Assembly: GCA_026003895.1 (NCBI GenBank)
Contig: BPIC01000007.1
Location: 108,440 to 172,439, forward strand
Direction: 5' to 3'
DNA: 64,000 nucleotides
Source: Dehalococcoidia bacterium
GTDB lineage: Bacteria; Chloroflexota; Dehalococcoidia; SpSt-223
This document shows positions 1 to 10,698 of this stretch, one piece after another. Positions within the stretch are counted from its first letter, which is position 1, and every line of letters starts with the position of its first letter. Made by a program: the position numbers and the translations under genes. The notes beneath the pieces were generated by a model. The model worked only from the letters and a program-made list of their open reading frames with translations. It did no database searches and was not told the DNA's origin.

Positions 1-9
1 GCAACCCGG

Positions 10-636
10 ATGGGCGGCTTCGCTCGCTACGCCATGGACTGCATCGCACCGATCCCGGTGGGCAAGCCGTTGCTCGTGACCGGCGAGGTGTTCGACAAGT
101 TCTCCCGGCGGGGTCGGGGGTATGTCCAATACCGTCTCGAAGCCTCCATCGACGGGAAGGTAGTCCAGCGCCATTGGAAGAGCTGGGCCTTCGGCCTGAC
201 CGACGAAGAGGCAGCGCAGTACCCGGAGAAGCCTTCGGACCCGCGCGACGACCTCGTTGGCGACGCGCTTGCCACCATCGAGCCGCTGCGCTTCACCGTA
301 ACCATCGAGCGGATGGCGGAGTTCGAGGGACCGGGTGAGCGTAACGTCCACACCGACGCTGAACTGGCGAATCAAGCCGGTGGTCGGCCGCCGCTTGCCC
401 AAGGTGCGATCTCGTTTGGTGTCCTCTCTCGGTTACTCACCGAGCGCTTTGGGGCGAACTATCTCGAGGGCGGGTCGCTCGATGTCCGCTTTATCGAACG
501 GGTGTACGCCGGAGACACCATTCTGGCGCGCGGCGAGATCGTGACCCGCGGCCATGGCGTGATTCGGCTGCGCGTGTGGTGTGAAAAAGAGGACGGGACG
601 CGAGTGACGGTAGGGACGGCGAGCGTGCGGGAGTAA
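10..636 (+). CDS. MaoC-like (double hotdog) dehydratase, possibly 5'-truncated by the window edge
   Basis: C-terminal MaoC-type segment (NVHTDAELA...PLAQG...LDVRFIERVYAGDTI) preceded by a second hotdog-like half. Confidence 0.7.
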   Translation: MGGFARYAMDCIAPIPVGKPLLVTGEVFDKFSRRGRGYVQYRLEASIDGKVVQRHWKSWAFGLTDEEAAQYPEKPSDPRDDLVGDALATIEPLRFTVTIERMAEFEGPGERNVHTDAELANQAGGRPPLAQGAISFGVLSRLLTERFGANYLEGGSLDVRFIERVYAGDTILARGEIVTRGHGVIRLRVWCEKEDGTRVTVGTASVRE

Positions 637-640
637 ACCG

Positions 641-1900
641 TCAGCCGATCCGGTCGACGTCCAGATACGGGCGCAGCGCTTGCGGGACGACGACCGATCC
701 GTCCGCCTGCTGGTAATTCTCCAACACGGCGGCCAGAGTGCGGCCGACCGCCAGACCGGAGCCGTTCAGGGTGTGGACGTATTCGGCACGCGCTCCCGCT
801 TCGCGGCGGAACTGAATGCGCGCCCGGCGTGCCTGAAACGCCTCGAAATTCGAGCACGACGAGATCTCGACGTAACGGTCTTGGCCCGGCATCCACACTT
901 CCAGGTCGTAGGTCTTCGCCGAAGCGAAGCCGAGATCGCCGGTGCAAAGCGCGACCGTTCGGTAGTGCAGCCCCAGCCGCTGTAAGATCGTTTCGGCGTC
1001 GCGAGTGAGCGCTTCAAGTTCGTCGTAGCTCGTTTCGGGAGCGACGAACTTGACCAGCTCGACTTTGTCGAACTGGTGGACGCGAATCATCCCGCGGGTG
1101 TCGCGCCCTGCGGATCCCGCCTCGGTGCGGAAGCAGGGGGTAAACGCCACATAGCGGATCGGCAGCGTTCCCGGCTCGAGGATCTCCTCTCGATGGAGAT
1201 TGGTTACCGGCACTTCGGCGGTCGGGATGAGGGAGAGGCCGTCCTGAGTCTCGTAAAAGTCGCCGGCGAATTTCGGCAATTGGCCAGTGCCGACCATCAC
1301 TTTCGTTTCGACTAAGTACGGCGGCCAGATCTCAGTGTAGCCGTGCTCGCGGATGTGAACGTCGAGCATGAAGGTGATCAGGGCGCGTTCGAGTGCCGCG
1401 CCCGCGCCGCGCAGGACAACGAAGCGCGATCCGCTGATTTTGGCCGCGCGCGCGAGGTCGAGAATGCCGAGCGTTTCGCCGATTTCCCAGTGGGGCTTCG
1501 GCGTGAACGCGAAGCTTTGTCGCTCCCCCCACATGCGGACGACCGGGTTGTCGTCGGACGTCGCGCCGATGGGCACGGACTGGTGCGGCATATTCGGCAC
1601 GCGCAAGAGCAGGTCATCCAGTTCGGCTTCGATCGCGCGCTGTTCGTCGTCGAGCGCCTTAATTCGCTCGCCGACTTGGCGCATCACGTCACGCAGTTCG
1701 GCAAGTCGCTCCTTGTCGCGGCCAATCTGCCGGCTGACCTCGTTGCGCCGTTGCTTGAGCGCTTCGTTCTCGGCGATGATGGCGCGACGGCGCTCGTCGA
1801 GCGCGAGGATCTGGTCGAGTGGAGCATCGGTTCCGCGTTGGGCGAGCATGGTCCGGACCGCGTCGGCGTGCTCGCGAAGATAGGCGAGTGGCAACATCAC
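641..1900 (-). CDS. serS: seryl-tRNA synthetase
   Basis: N-terminal coiled coil; [52 protein letters not shown]. Confidence 0.98.
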   Translation of the reverse strand: MMLPLAYLREHADAVRTMLAQRGTDAPLDQILALDERRRAIIAENEALKQRRNEVSRQIGRDKERLAELRDVMRQVGERIKALDDEQRAIEAELDDLLLRVPNMPHQSVPIGATSDDNPVVRMWGERQSFAFTPKPHWEIGETLGILDLARAAKISGSRFVVLRGAGAALERALITFMLDVHIREHGYTEIWPPYLVETKVMVGTGQLPKFAGDFYETQDGLSLIPTAEVPVTNLHREEILEPGTLPIRYVAFTPCFRTEAGSAGRDTRGMIRVHQFDKVELVKFVAPETSYDELEALTRDAETILQRLGLHYRTVALCTGDLGFASAKTYDLEVWMPGQDRYVEISSCSNFEAFQARRARIQFRREAGARAEYVHTLNGSGLAVGRTLAAVLENYQQADGSVVVPQALRPYLDVDRIG

Positions 1901-2013
1901 TGGCTCCCCGTTCCGAATTGTGGCAGGCGCGGCGCTTACGGGCCGCAGCGCAGGGAGGGCGCTACGAACGGGTGCGACGAGCGCGGATCGAAAAGCGCAT
2001 TGTGGCGTCCCGA

Positions 2014-3477
2014 CTAGCGCACCGAGCGGAGCTGCGGAAACAAGATGACCTCACGGAGCGAGTGCGCTCCGGCGAGCAGGGCGACCAACCGGTCGATACC
2101 GATGCCGAGCCCACCGGCTGGCGGCATACCGTGCTCGAGCGCGAGCAAGAAGTCCTCGTCGAGCCCCTCGGTCTCTTCGTCCCCGGCGGCACGCTCAGCG
2201 AGCTGCGCCTCGAAGCGCGCCCGCTGGTCGTCGGGGTCGTTCAATTCGCTGAAGGCGTTGGCAATCTCGACACCGCCGACAAACCCCTCAAATCGCTCAA
2301 CGAGTGTCGGGTCATCCTCTTTCTTCTTAGCGAGCGGCGACAGCTCGATGGGGTAGTCGAGCAAGAATGTCGGCTGGATGAGCGTCGGCTCGACAAACGT
2401 CGTCAGCAGTTCGTCGATCAGTTTGCCACGTCCGAGCGAGGGATCGACGTGCAATCCGCGCTCGCGAAGCACCGCCCGCAGGGACTCGGCGTCTGGATAG
2501 TCGACGAAGTCGATCCCTGAGCGACGGTAAATTGCGTCACGCAATGTCTCGCGGCGCCACGGTGGGGTGAAGTCGATCGTGTGCTCGCCGAGGTCGATCT
2601 GCAGCGAACCGTGCACCTCTTGGACCACGGTAGCGAGAAGCTCTTCGACCATCGTCAGGACGTCGAGGTAGTCGGCGTAGGCCTCGTACGTCTCGAGCAG
2701 CGTGAATTCCGGATTGTGTTTGTGGGAAACGCCCTCGTTCCGGAACACCCGGCCGAGCTCATACACCTTGTCCATCCCGCCGACCAGCAGCCGTTTCAGG
2801 TACAACTCCAGGGAAATCCGCAGGTGCACCTCAGCATCAAGGGCGTCGTAGTACGTTTTGAATGAACGGGCCGCTGCTCCCCCCGGAACCAGTTGGAGGA
2901 CCGGCGTTTCGACCTCGACAAATCCACGCGAATCCAAAAAGCGCCGGATCGCTGCGACGACGCGACTACGGAGCCGGACGATCCGGCGCGTGTCTTCATT
3001 GGTGATCAGGTCAAGGTAGCGTTGGCGATACCGCTTTTCGACATCGGTCAGTCCGTGCCACTTGTCCGGCAGCGGATGAAGCGACTTCGCAAGCAGCGCG
3101 GCCTTCGCCAAGTCGACCGTGATTTCGCCGGTGCGAGTACGCATCAGTGTTCCTTCGACCCCGACAATATCGCCGAGATCGAAGTCGAGGAACGCATCGT
3201 ACGCCGGGCCGAGTGCGTCGCGCCGGGCGAAAAGTTGAATGCGCCCGGACCAATCTTGGAGGTGGGCGAAGGTCGCTTTGCCCATCACTCGCTTTGCGAC
3301 GAGCCGTCCGGCGACGATCACGGGGATGGTGGCATCCGGGTCGGCCTCGAAGGCGGCGATCGCGTCGGCGGCAGTGTGGGTGCGGTGGAATCGCGCCGGG
3401 TAGGGATTTGCCCCACCGGCGCGAAGCGCGGCAACCTTCGCCCGCCGCTGGGCGGTTTGCTCTGCGACGTCGGACAT
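2014..3477 (-). CDS. lysS: lysyl-tRNA synthetase, class II
   Basis: [37 protein letters not shown]. Confidence 0.98.
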   Translation of the reverse strand: MSDVAEQTAQRRAKVAALRAGGANPYPARFHRTHTAADAIAAFEADPDATIPVIVAGRLVAKRVMGKATFAHLQDWSGRIQLFARRDALGPAYDAFLDFDLGDIVGVEGTLMRTRTGEITVDLAKAALLAKSLHPLPDKWHGLTDVEKRYRQRYLDLITNEDTRRIVRLRSRVVAAIRRFLDSRGFVEVETPVLQLVPGGAAARSFKTYYDALDAEVHLRISLELYLKRLLVGGMDKVYELGRVFRNEGVSHKHNPEFTLLETYEAYADYLDVLTMVEELLATVVQEVHGSLQIDLGEHTIDFTPPWRRETLRDAIYRRSGIDFVDYPDAESLRAVLRERGLHVDPSLGRGKLIDELLTTFVEPTLIQPTFLLDYPIELSPLAKKKEDDPTLVERFEGFVGGVEIANAFSELNDPDDQRARFEAQLAERAAGDEETEGLDEDFLLALEHGMPPAGGLGIGIDRLVALLAGAHSLREVILFPQLRSVR

Positions 3478-3548
3478 GTAGCTCGTTTCGCAGCCTTGGG
3501 CTGCTCAGGATCGGGTTGGCCCGTTCAGTCAGTGTAGCCGATGGGCGG

Positions 3549-4019
3549 TCACTCGATCAGCCGGACCGTCAACTTCTCGACACCGGAGGGCGTCATCACT
3601 TGGACAACGTCGCCGACCTTACGTCCGAGCAAGGCGTGACCGACGGGCGATTCATTCGAGATCTTGCCGGCGCGTGGATTGGCTTCGGCGCTGCCGACAA
3701 TCGTGTAGGTCTCTTCTTCGCCGTCGCTCCCCACCACGGTGACGGTCGAGCCAATCTGGACTACGCCCTGACTGCGGTCATGCTCCTTGATGATGGTGGC
3801 CGTGCGCAGCATGCGCTCAAGTTGCTGGATACGTGTTTCGACGATCGCTTGTTCATTGCGTGCGTCGTCGAGGTCGGCATTGTCGCCGAAGCCACCAATT
3901 TCTTTCGATTCGCTGATGCGCTCGGTGATTTGCCGACGTTTTTCGCGCCGGAGGTATTCGAGCTCAGCTTCAAGCTTCGAGCGTCCCTCCGGAGTGAGAA
4001 AGACGGGCTTATCCACCAT
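3549..4019 (-). CDS. greA: transcription elongation factor GreA
   Basis: LTPEG..KLEAELEYL, YTIVGSAEA, ISNESPVGHALLG; ATG at 4019 with AAGGAG upstream. Confidence 0.93.
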   Translation of the reverse strand: MVDKPVFLTPEGRSKLEAELEYLRREKRRQITERISESKEIGGFGDNADLDDARNEQAIVETRIQQLERMLRTATIIKEHDRSQGVVQIGSTVTVVGSDGEEETYTIVGSAEANPRAGKISNESPVGHALLGRKVGDVVQVMTPSGVEKLTVRLIE

Positions 4020-4059
4020 GGTGGGCTCCTTCCACCGCAGCGGCTGCGTCGGTGCAATG

Positions 4060-4091
4060 AAAAACGACTGAGAACGCTTGCCCTCAGCCGT
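4060..4091 (-). terminator. intrinsic terminator in the greA 5' leader (attenuator-like)
   Basis: Minus strand ACGGCTGAGGGC-AAGC-GTTCTCAGTCGT followed by TTTT, between the promoter and the greA start. Confidence 0.7.
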
Positions 4092-4115
4092 CCGCCGCTG
4101 CGTGTGTCCACAACA

Positions 4116-4144
4116 ATCGTACCGCGCCATGAGGGTCGGAGCAA
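4116..4144 (-). promoter_or_regulatory. sigma70-type promoter of greA
   Basis: Minus strand TTGCTC-17 bp-TACGAT. Confidence 0.6.
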
Positions 4145-4252
4145 GCCTTTCAGTTCGGTCTGCGGGTGACGGCAAGATTAGGGCCGATCGGCCCTAGTCG
4201 CTGGCGCTGGCGCACCGAAAGAAGGAGTAGATCCAGTCTTGGAGCAGGAAGG

Positions 4253-4567
4253 ATGGAAGCCCGTCGCGCCCGAGCTGCCGGTTGGGCGGCGGTGGCACTC
4301 AGCGGCGCGCTCGTCGTTTTCGGGCTTACGCATGGCGCGGGGCTGCCGATCGTCAGTGCTGTCTCGCCCGAGGGGCCGTATAACGGACCACGATTTCCGT
4401 ACGGTCCAGCGAGCCGAGTTGTGCTGCCGGTGGGGCTGAAGAATGCGCCGCTTGCAGGCGTCTCCACCGGCTATGCTGCCCCCGTGCCAACGGCAACGCC
4501 GCTCCCGCCGACCCCGACTCCGGTCCCCACTCTGCCGCCCCGCGGGCCATACGGTCCTCCTCGTTAA
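4253..4567 (+). CDS. small exported Pro/Thr-rich hypothetical protein
   Basis: AGGAAGG before ATG 4253; basic then hydrophobic signal-like N-terminus; PTATP/PTPTP tract. Confidence 0.6.
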   Translation: MEARRARAAGWAAVALSGALVVFGLTHGAGLPIVSAVSPEGPYNGPRFPYGPASRVVLPVGLKNAPLAGVSTGYAAPVPTATPLPPTPTPVPTLPPRGPYGPPR

Positions 4568-4624
4568 GTGCGATGGCCCGCTCTCGAAGAGCGGGCCAGA
4601 AGTGTCAGGCGCCGGTGCTGCGGC

Positions 4625-7102
4625 TCAGCATTCGCTGTACCCGCACGCCTCGCACTTTTTGCATCCCTCCATCATAAAGAGGGTATTGCAGCCACATTCT
4701 GGGCATAGGTTGCCGGTGGCCTTGACCTGGACGGCGATCGCCGCTTGCACCTGCACGGCCTCGATGGCGTGGCCATTGCCGCCGTTGCCATTGCCTGCCG
4801 GTCGGTAGGGCGCGACAGGGCGGGTGTCTGGTGCGAGGGGTGTCGGACGCTCCTCGCCGAGGTGCAGTTCGATTGCCTTGGCGACCGCATCGGGCAGCGA
4901 GCGCACTTGGTTTGGACCGAAGCCAACGGAGCGGCTGCCGCCGATTCCGCGCAATTGATTGGCGACTTCGCGCGCCCGCTCCTCCGGCGCGAGCGGTGAC
5001 GCCATCTGCAAGCTCATCGAGATCAGCCGTCCGAGCGCCTCGGCGAGCGCCGAGATGTCTGACCCCGCTTTGCCGACGTTGATGAACACTTCGTAGGGAC
5101 CGAGCTCATCGCTGTTGAGGGTGACGTTGACTTTGCCCTCGGGCGCGATGATCTGGCGGGTATACCCGCGCACCACACTTGGGCGTGGTCGGATGCCGCT
5201 CGTACCTGCCGGAACACCCAGTCCCCAGAGGGCCGATGCCCGAGCGGTCAGTGCCTTGGCCTGCTCGGCCTCGCTTGGCGCGGCCTCGGCCGGCTTCCGT
5301 TCGCCACTGCCGACGTGGAGCACCTGGGCGGCTTCGCCCTTGCACCCATCGCGGAAAACCGTGATTCCGAGGCAACCGGCGGCATACGCCAGGCGATAGG
5401 CTGCGGCGACATCGGCGCGGGTCGCCTCGTTCGGCAAATTGATTGTCTTGCTGACTGCGTTGTCGGTCCAGCGTTGCCAAGCGCCCTGCATTCGGACATG
5501 CGCTGCTGGGGCGATCTCATGCGCGGTCACCAAGACGCGCCGTACCGATTCGGGCACCTCGTCGATCTCGCCCACGGCGCCATGGATGGCAATCTGCTCG
5601 CGGAGCTCGTCGGTGAGCAGTCCGTGCGCCTCGAGCACCGCTTCGGCAACCGGGTTGACGAAGGTGAGGAGACGATCCTGCCCCGGCGCCTTGTGCCGAT
5701 AGGCGAGAGCGAACAACGGTTCGATGCCCGAGCTACAGCCGGCGATGATGCTGATCGTACCCGTCGGGGCGATGGTGGTGACGGTGCTGTTCCGCTTCGG
5801 TGCGCCGTTGGCGTAGATGCTCCGGCTCCAGTTCGGGAACGGTCCTCGCTCGATCGCCAACTGCTCGGTCGCCCGATGACCAGCGTCGCGGATGGCGTGC
5901 ATGATCCGATCGGCGAGATCGAGTGCTTCGTCGCTGTCATAGGGCACACCGAGCGCGATCAGGAGGTCTGCCCAGCCCATGACTCCGAGGCCAATGCGCC
6001 GGTTCGCCTTCACGGCGGCGTCGATCTCGGGCAGCGGGTAGGGGTTGACGTCGATCACGTCGTCGAGGAAGCGGACGCAATCCGCGACAACGGTTGCCAG
6101 CTCATCCCACGCGATACGACTGGAGGGCGTCTCGGCCCACGGGTTCTCGGGGTCGGCCGGCGGACGGACGAAGGCGGCGAGATTGATCGAGCCGAGGTTG
6201 CACGCCTCGTTGGGCGCGAGCGGTTGTTCCCCACACGGATTGGTCGCTTCGATCAAGGAGATCTGCGGTATGGGGTTGGCGGGCGAGTTATTGATTCGGT
6301 CGATGAAGACGACGCCGGGGTCGCCCGTCGCCCAAGCCGCGTCCACTAGCCGGTCGAATACCTCCGCCGCCGAAAGCCGGCCCACTTCCTTGCCGCTATC
6401 CGGCGCGATCAACGCGTAGTCGCCGCCGGTCTCGAGCGCTTTCATAAACGCGTCGGTGATTGCCACCGAAATGTTGAAGTTCGTGATGCCGCCGTCGCGC
6501 TTGCAGTCGATGAACTCCAAGATGTCCGGATGGTCGACGCGAAGAATGCCCATATTCGCGCCGCGCCGTGTGCCGCCCTGCTTCACCGCTTCGGTGGCCG
6601 CGTCGAAGACGCGCAAGAAGCTAACTGGGCCGCTCGCCTTGCCACCGGTCGTCGAAACGATGGCGTCCTTGCTACGCAGCCGACTGAAGGAGAAGCCAGT
6701 GCCGCCGCCCGACTTGTGAATGATCGCGGCGCGCTTGATGCTCTCGAAGATCCCTTCGAGGCTGTCTTCAACGGGGAGGACATAGCACGCCGAGTATTGC
6801 AGGCCATTGCCCTTGCCCGCGTTCATCAAGGTGGGCGAGTTTGGGAGGAAGATGCCGCGCACCATCAAGCGGTAGAACCGTTCGGCGCTCGCCCGGACGG
6901 TGTCATCATCTGCCCCATGGAGATATTCCGCCTCGGCGATTGCACAGGCGACGCGCCAGCAGGCCTCCTCCGGCGTCTCGACCACCGCGCCGGTAGCGTC
7001 TCGCTTGAGATAGCGCTCGCGCAACACCTTGCGTGCCGCCTCGGTCCAGTTGCCATTCTCAGCCGGGCGGGGCCATTTTGGGGTGATCGCAACAGTGGCC
7101 AT
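4625..7102 (-). CDS. nrdJ: class II (adenosylcobalamin-dependent) ribonucleotide reductase with C-terminal TSCPD-like and zinc-ribbon domains
   Basis: FLPNSPTLMNAG, TNPCGEQPL, IAPTGTIS, AVSKTIN, SLPDAVA, C-terminal CPECG...EGCKKCEACGYSEC; no small-subunit gene nearby. Confidence 0.95.
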   Translation of the reverse strand: MATVAITPKWPRPAENGNWTEAARKVLRERYLKRDATGAVVETPEEACWRVACAIAEAEYLHGADDDTVRASAERFYRLMVRGIFLPNSPTLMNAGKGNGLQYSACYVLPVEDSLEGIFESIKRAAIIHKSGGGTGFSFSRLRSKDAIVSTTGGKASGPVSFLRVFDAATEAVKQGGTRRGANMGILRVDHPDILEFIDCKRDGGITNFNISVAITDAFMKALETGGDYALIAPDSGKEVGRLSAAEVFDRLVDAAWATGDPGVVFIDRINNSPANPIPQISLIEATNPCGEQPLAPNEACNLGSINLAAFVRPPADPENPWAETPSSRIAWDELATVVADCVRFLDDVIDVNPYPLPEIDAAVKANRRIGLGVMGWADLLIALGVPYDSDEALDLADRIMHAIRDAGHRATEQLAIERGPFPNWSRSIYANGAPKRNSTVTTIAPTGTISIIAGCSSGIEPLFALAYRHKAPGQDRLLTFVNPVAEAVLEAHGLLTDELREQIAIHGAVGEIDEVPESVRRVLVTAHEIAPAAHVRMQGAWQRWTDNAVSKTINLPNEATRADVAAAYRLAYAAGCLGITVFRDGCKGEAAQVLHVGSGERKPAEAAPSEAEQAKALTARASALWGLGVPAGTSGIRPRPSVVRGYTRQIIAPEGKVNVTLNSDELGPYEVFINVGKAGSDISALAEALGRLISMSLQMASPLAPEERAREVANQLRGIGGSRSVGFGPNQVRSLPDAVAKAIELHLGEERPTPLAPDTRPVAPYRPAGNGNGGNGHAIEAVQVQAAIAVQVKATGNLCPECGCNTLFMMEGCKKCEACGYSEC

Positions 7103-7149
7103 AGACGCTCCTTCCGTGATTCTTTCAGAGAATTCGCAAACGCGCGAGG

Positions 7150-7656
7150 TTAGGAAGCTGTCGGGACGCGCTGACCGTCGACGGTCAGCGCACCTGCCGT
7201 GGGGGTTGGCAGCTCGCGTGTCAGGGCGCCGATCTCCGCCTGCAGGGCAGCGAGATCCGGGAACTGCCGATAAACCGAGGCAAACCGCACATAGGCGACG
7301 GAGTCGAGCCGCGCGAGCTCGGCCAACACCAACTCGCCGACCAAGGCGCTCGGTACTTCCGCCTCAGCGCGCGCAACGAGCGCAGCCTCCACCATCGCGA
7401 CCGCCTGCTCAATCGCGGCGGTCGCAACCGGTCGTTTTGTGCAGGCGAGTTGCATCCCCCGCAGCACCTTTTCGCGGTCGAACGGCTCCCGTCGGCCGTC
7501 CTTCTTGACGACAAACAAGGTCGGTTGGGCGAGGTATTCGTGGGTCGTGAACCGCTGCCCGCAGGAGGGGCAGACGCGACGTCGGCGAATGTACCCGGCG
7601 CCCTCTCGCGAAGAGATCACGCGGCTATCGCCCTGATGACAGAACGGACACTGCAC
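7150..7656 (-). CDS. nrdR: transcriptional repressor NrdR
   Basis: CPFC...RRRRVCPSCGQRFTTHE zinc ribbon, VVKKDGRREPF ATP-cone, VAYVRFASVY; GTG start at 7656. Confidence 0.96.
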   Translation of the reverse strand: MQCPFCHQGDSRVISSREGAGYIRRRRVCPSCGQRFTTHEYLAQPTLFVVKKDGRREPFDREKVLRGMQLACTKRPVATAAIEQAVAMVEAALVARAEAEVPSALVGELVLAELARLDSVAYVRFASVYRQFPDLAALQAEIGALTRELPTPTAGALTVDGQRVPTAS

Positions 7657-7666
7657 GTACCGACCC

Positions 7667-7767
7667 CATCCAGATCTTGACAGTTGAAGAACAGCCAAGC
7701 ACCAGATCTGGTGCGTTGACCTCCGCGAACGATACCACGCCGTACCGACGCTGTCAATATCTTGTGC
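7667..7767. promoter_or_regulatory. three NrdR-box-like operators and the nrdR-nrdJ promoter
   Basis: CATCCAGATCTTGACA (7667-7682), perfect palindrome GCACCAGATCTGGTGC (7699-7714), TGTCAATATCTTGTGC (7752-7767); minus-strand TTGACA(7757-7752)-17 bp-TATCGT(7734-7729). Confidence 0.8.
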
Positions 7768-8386
7768 CTCGGCCTCGCCCGCCTACAAGGCGTTGCGATA
7801 CTAGGCGGAATCGTCAATCTTCACCCAGTTCCTCTCGGCCAATCCCGGCGGCGGTGAGTCGACAGAAGCGTGAGCTCGGCAAGCGGCATGGAGCGAATGT
7901 CAAGCGTTGTGCACCGCCTAGCGCCGCTAGCCGCATTCGGAATCTTCAGGCGACGAAGGTGGACTCCTGGTCCTCGACGTGTTCGAGGGGCGGGCGTCCG
8001 TGATCGCCTCGACGGCCAGCCCCATCGTCGGCGTGGCAATGCCCGACTGTTCCGGCGCCTGCCCCGGGGCTCTCTGCAGGCAAGCCGTTGGCGGACGCTT
8101 GGCTCGGCGACCGCGCGAGGAATTGTTGGCCCAAGCGTGGCTTCACCTCGGTGAACATTCATCGTCGATAAGCCGCTGGGGCCTCGCGCCCTACCGTCGG
8201 GACGTCACCGGTGGCGCTCCGGGCGGCCAGATAACGTTCCCTCGGCTGTCTCGCTGGACCGCCGCGGTCGCGCGTCGTCGGGATGTGGAATGCCTACGCG
8301 GTCTCCTGCGCTGTCGCGAACGCACGTCGAAAGCACGATAAGACCGGGCGAGGCGTCATTCGTTCTGGTGTCGGGCCGGTTTGGTG

Positions 8387-9049
8387 CTAGCGTTTCATCG
8401 CGAGCGTCACGCCGTCGGCAATCGGCAGCATCGCGATGTCAACACGCGGATCGTCGCGCAGTTTGGCGTTCAACTGGCGCAGCGCGTCGACGCCCTCGCT
8501 GGTCGCCTCAGGATCGATCACCCGACCGCCCATGAACATATTGTCGAAGACAATCAATCCACCCGGCCGCAGGAGTTGCAGCACTGCCTCGTAATAGGCG
8601 TCGTACCCGCTCTTATCGGCGTCAATGAAAGCGAAGTCGAAACGACCGGCCTCTCCTCCCGCGAGCAAGGCAGTGAGAGTCTCGATCGCCGGCGCGAGGC
8701 GTAGCTCGATCTTGTCTGCCACGCCCGCTTCCTGCCAATAGCGTCGGGCGATGCTGGTCCACTCCTCGCTGATATCGCAGCAGATCAGTCGACCATCGTC
8801 AGGAAGCGCGTTCGCCACCGCGAGGGCGCTATAGCCGGTGAAGGTGCCGATTTCGAGACAGCGTTTCGCCCCGATCAGACGCACGAGCAGTGCCATGAGC
8901 TGCGCCTGCTCCGGCGGGATCTGCATCATCGCCATTGGCAGGAGACGCGTTTCCTCGCGCAACCGCCGCGCGATCTCCGTCTCGCGGATCGAGACCGATC
9001 GCAGGTACTCGTAGAGGCCGTCTGTCATTACCAGGTTCTTGTGTTGCAC
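8387..9049 (-). CDS. class I SAM-dependent O-methyltransferase (caffeoyl-CoA OMT-like)
   Basis: LEIGTFTGYS, FDFAFIDADK, LIVFDN, LPIADG; GAGGAG before GTG. Confidence 0.92.
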   Translation of the reverse strand: MQHKNLVMTDGLYEYLRSVSIRETEIARRLREETRLLPMAMMQIPPEQAQLMALLVRLIGAKRCLEIGTFTGYSALAVANALPDDGRLICCDISEEWTSIARRYWQEAGVADKIELRLAPAIETLTALLAGGEAGRFDFAFIDADKSGYDAYYEAVLQLLRPGGLIVFDNMFMGGRVIDPEATSEGVDALRQLNAKLRDDPRVDIAMLPIADGVTLAMKR

Positions 9050-9177
9050 CGCTCCTCCTCGATGGCTCAGTGTACCGCGGAACGGTCGCCGCCGATGAAG
9101 TTGATGAACGGATGGCCCACAAAGGTTGTGCGAGGGGCAGTGCGCTCCGTATGCTTACCCAACCGCGGGGGAGCCCT

Positions 9178-9780
9178 ATGCATCGCTGGCAGGATGAGGA
9201 CGGCGGCCAGGATGGCCCAGCCCGCCGTCGAGTCGGACTAATCCGGGTCCTGGTTGGACAGGCGCTCATAGTAGCGGTCATCGGTGGGGCGCTCGCCGCC
9301 CGATCGCTGCTGCCCAACGCCGAGCCGCGGGCACAGACGCTCGCGAGCGCGGGCACACAACCGACGGCCCTGCCTGCAACGTCGATCAGCGCCCGCCCCA
9401 ATAGTCAAGTGCCCGACGAGGTGGCGACGCTCGGTCGGCGTTTTCTCACCGCTCTTGCGCGCGGCGATCTTGTCGAGGCGCGACGCGACGTTGCGACTGG
9501 CAGCGTGGCGACCCTTTCCGCGCGGAAGCTCGAAGGTGCGGCCACAGCCTTCCAGTCGGCGCGGGCGCGCTCGTTCCGCGTGCTATTTTGGCAGGTGGCC
9601 GACTCGGCGATCGAGCCGGCGCGCCTCACCCTCTCCTTCGATTACGACCGTGCCGACACCGGTGAAAGTCGCAGCCGGGTTGAGCTTCGGGTTGTCCAGC
9701 AAGGCGGCCGCTGGCTTGTCGCCGACTTGGATATCAATGCCTGGATGATCGACATGGGCATCGGGCGCAACCCCGGCTAG
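9178..9780 (+). CDS. membrane-anchored hypothetical protein, possible NTF2-like C-terminal domain
   Basis: One hydrophobic helix, Pro/Thr linker, FLTALARGD...GGRWLV pattern; start uncertain. Confidence 0.55.
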   Translation: MHRWQDEDGGQDGPARRRVGLIRVLVGQALIVAVIGGALAARSLLPNAEPRAQTLASAGTQPTALPATSISARPNSQVPDEVATLGRRFLTALARGDLVEARRDVATGSVATLSARKLEGAATAFQSARARSFRVLFWQVADSAIEPARLTLSFDYDRADTGESRSRVELRVVQQGGRWLVADLDINAWMIDMGIGRNPG

Positions 9781-9834
9781 ACTTCGGCTCGCCCGCGCCC
9801 CAGCGGCGCGCCCGGCCGTGCTGTCGAGGAGCCT

Positions 9835-10401
9835 GTGCGGACCACCATTACGACGACGCCGCTCGAAGGTGTCGTCATCGTTGAGATCGACTACTTTCGC
9901 GATGAGCGCGGCTTTTTTATCGAAACGTATCGCCGTTCAGTCTTCGCCGACCTTGGTCTCCCCACCGACTTCGTTCAGGACAACCACTCCCGCTCGCGGC
10001 GCGGCGTCCTGCGAGGCATCCACTATCAGGACGAGCGTGCGCCGATGGGCAAACTCGTGCGGTGCACGCGAGGTGCGGTCTGGGATGTCGTCGTCGATCT
10101 CCGGCTCGGCGCACCGACCTTCGGTCAATGGACCGCCGTCCAGCTCGATGACGAAACGCTCCGCCAGATCTATGTTCCGGTCGGCTTCGGTCACGCCTTC
10201 GCCGTGCTCTCCGACGTCGCCGACATCGAATATCGCTGCACCGGCTACTACGTGCCCGAGGCGGAGGGCACGGTCGCGTGGAACGATCCAGAGTTAGCGA
10301 TCGATTGGCCGATCGAGTCGCCCATCCTCTCGTTACGCGACCAGCGCGGCCAAAGCCTCGCCGCCTATCGCGCCCAGCCTGCCTTCCGCTATCGCGCCTG
10401 A
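9835..10401 (+). CDS. rmlC: dTDP-4-dehydrorhamnose 3,5-epimerase
   Basis: DERGFF, FVQDNHSRS, GVLRGIHYQ, VPVGFGHAF, WNDPELAIDWP. Confidence 0.95.
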   Translation: MRTTITTTPLEGVVIVEIDYFRDERGFFIETYRRSVFADLGLPTDFVQDNHSRSRRGVLRGIHYQDERAPMGKLVRCTRGAVWDVVVDLRLGAPTFGQWTAVQLDDETLRQIYVPVGFGHAFAVLSDVADIEYRCTGYYVPEAEGTVAWNDPELAIDWPIESPILSLRDQRGQSLAAYRAQPAFRYRA

Positions 10402-10698
10402 GGTCTCTCGCGAGCGTGAGTTGGCTCCGATCGGGCTGTCTATCCCGCTGGCCCGACGCCATCGGCGGAGCGGACCACGTGACGGCAAAGAGCGATTCGC
10501 CATGCTCCGACGAGCGAAAGATCGCGGTGGCACTGGCAGTTCGGAAGTGGCGCGACTCGAGGCCTTTCTGCGTCAGAGAACCTTAACGGCTCACCGGCGC
10601 GATGGAGCGGGTCGGCGCCCGCACCGACGCGCCACAGGCCCCCATCGGCGGTCTCCTTGGCGTGGACGCTGAGCGCACTACTGCGGGCGTCAGCGGCG

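Noticed and set aside
7103-8386. Cobalamin riboswitch for nrdJ, or real genes among the short ORFs at 7.8-8.4 kb
   Set aside because: No B12-box recognised; the ORFs are Arg/Pro-rich with no motifs or RBS.
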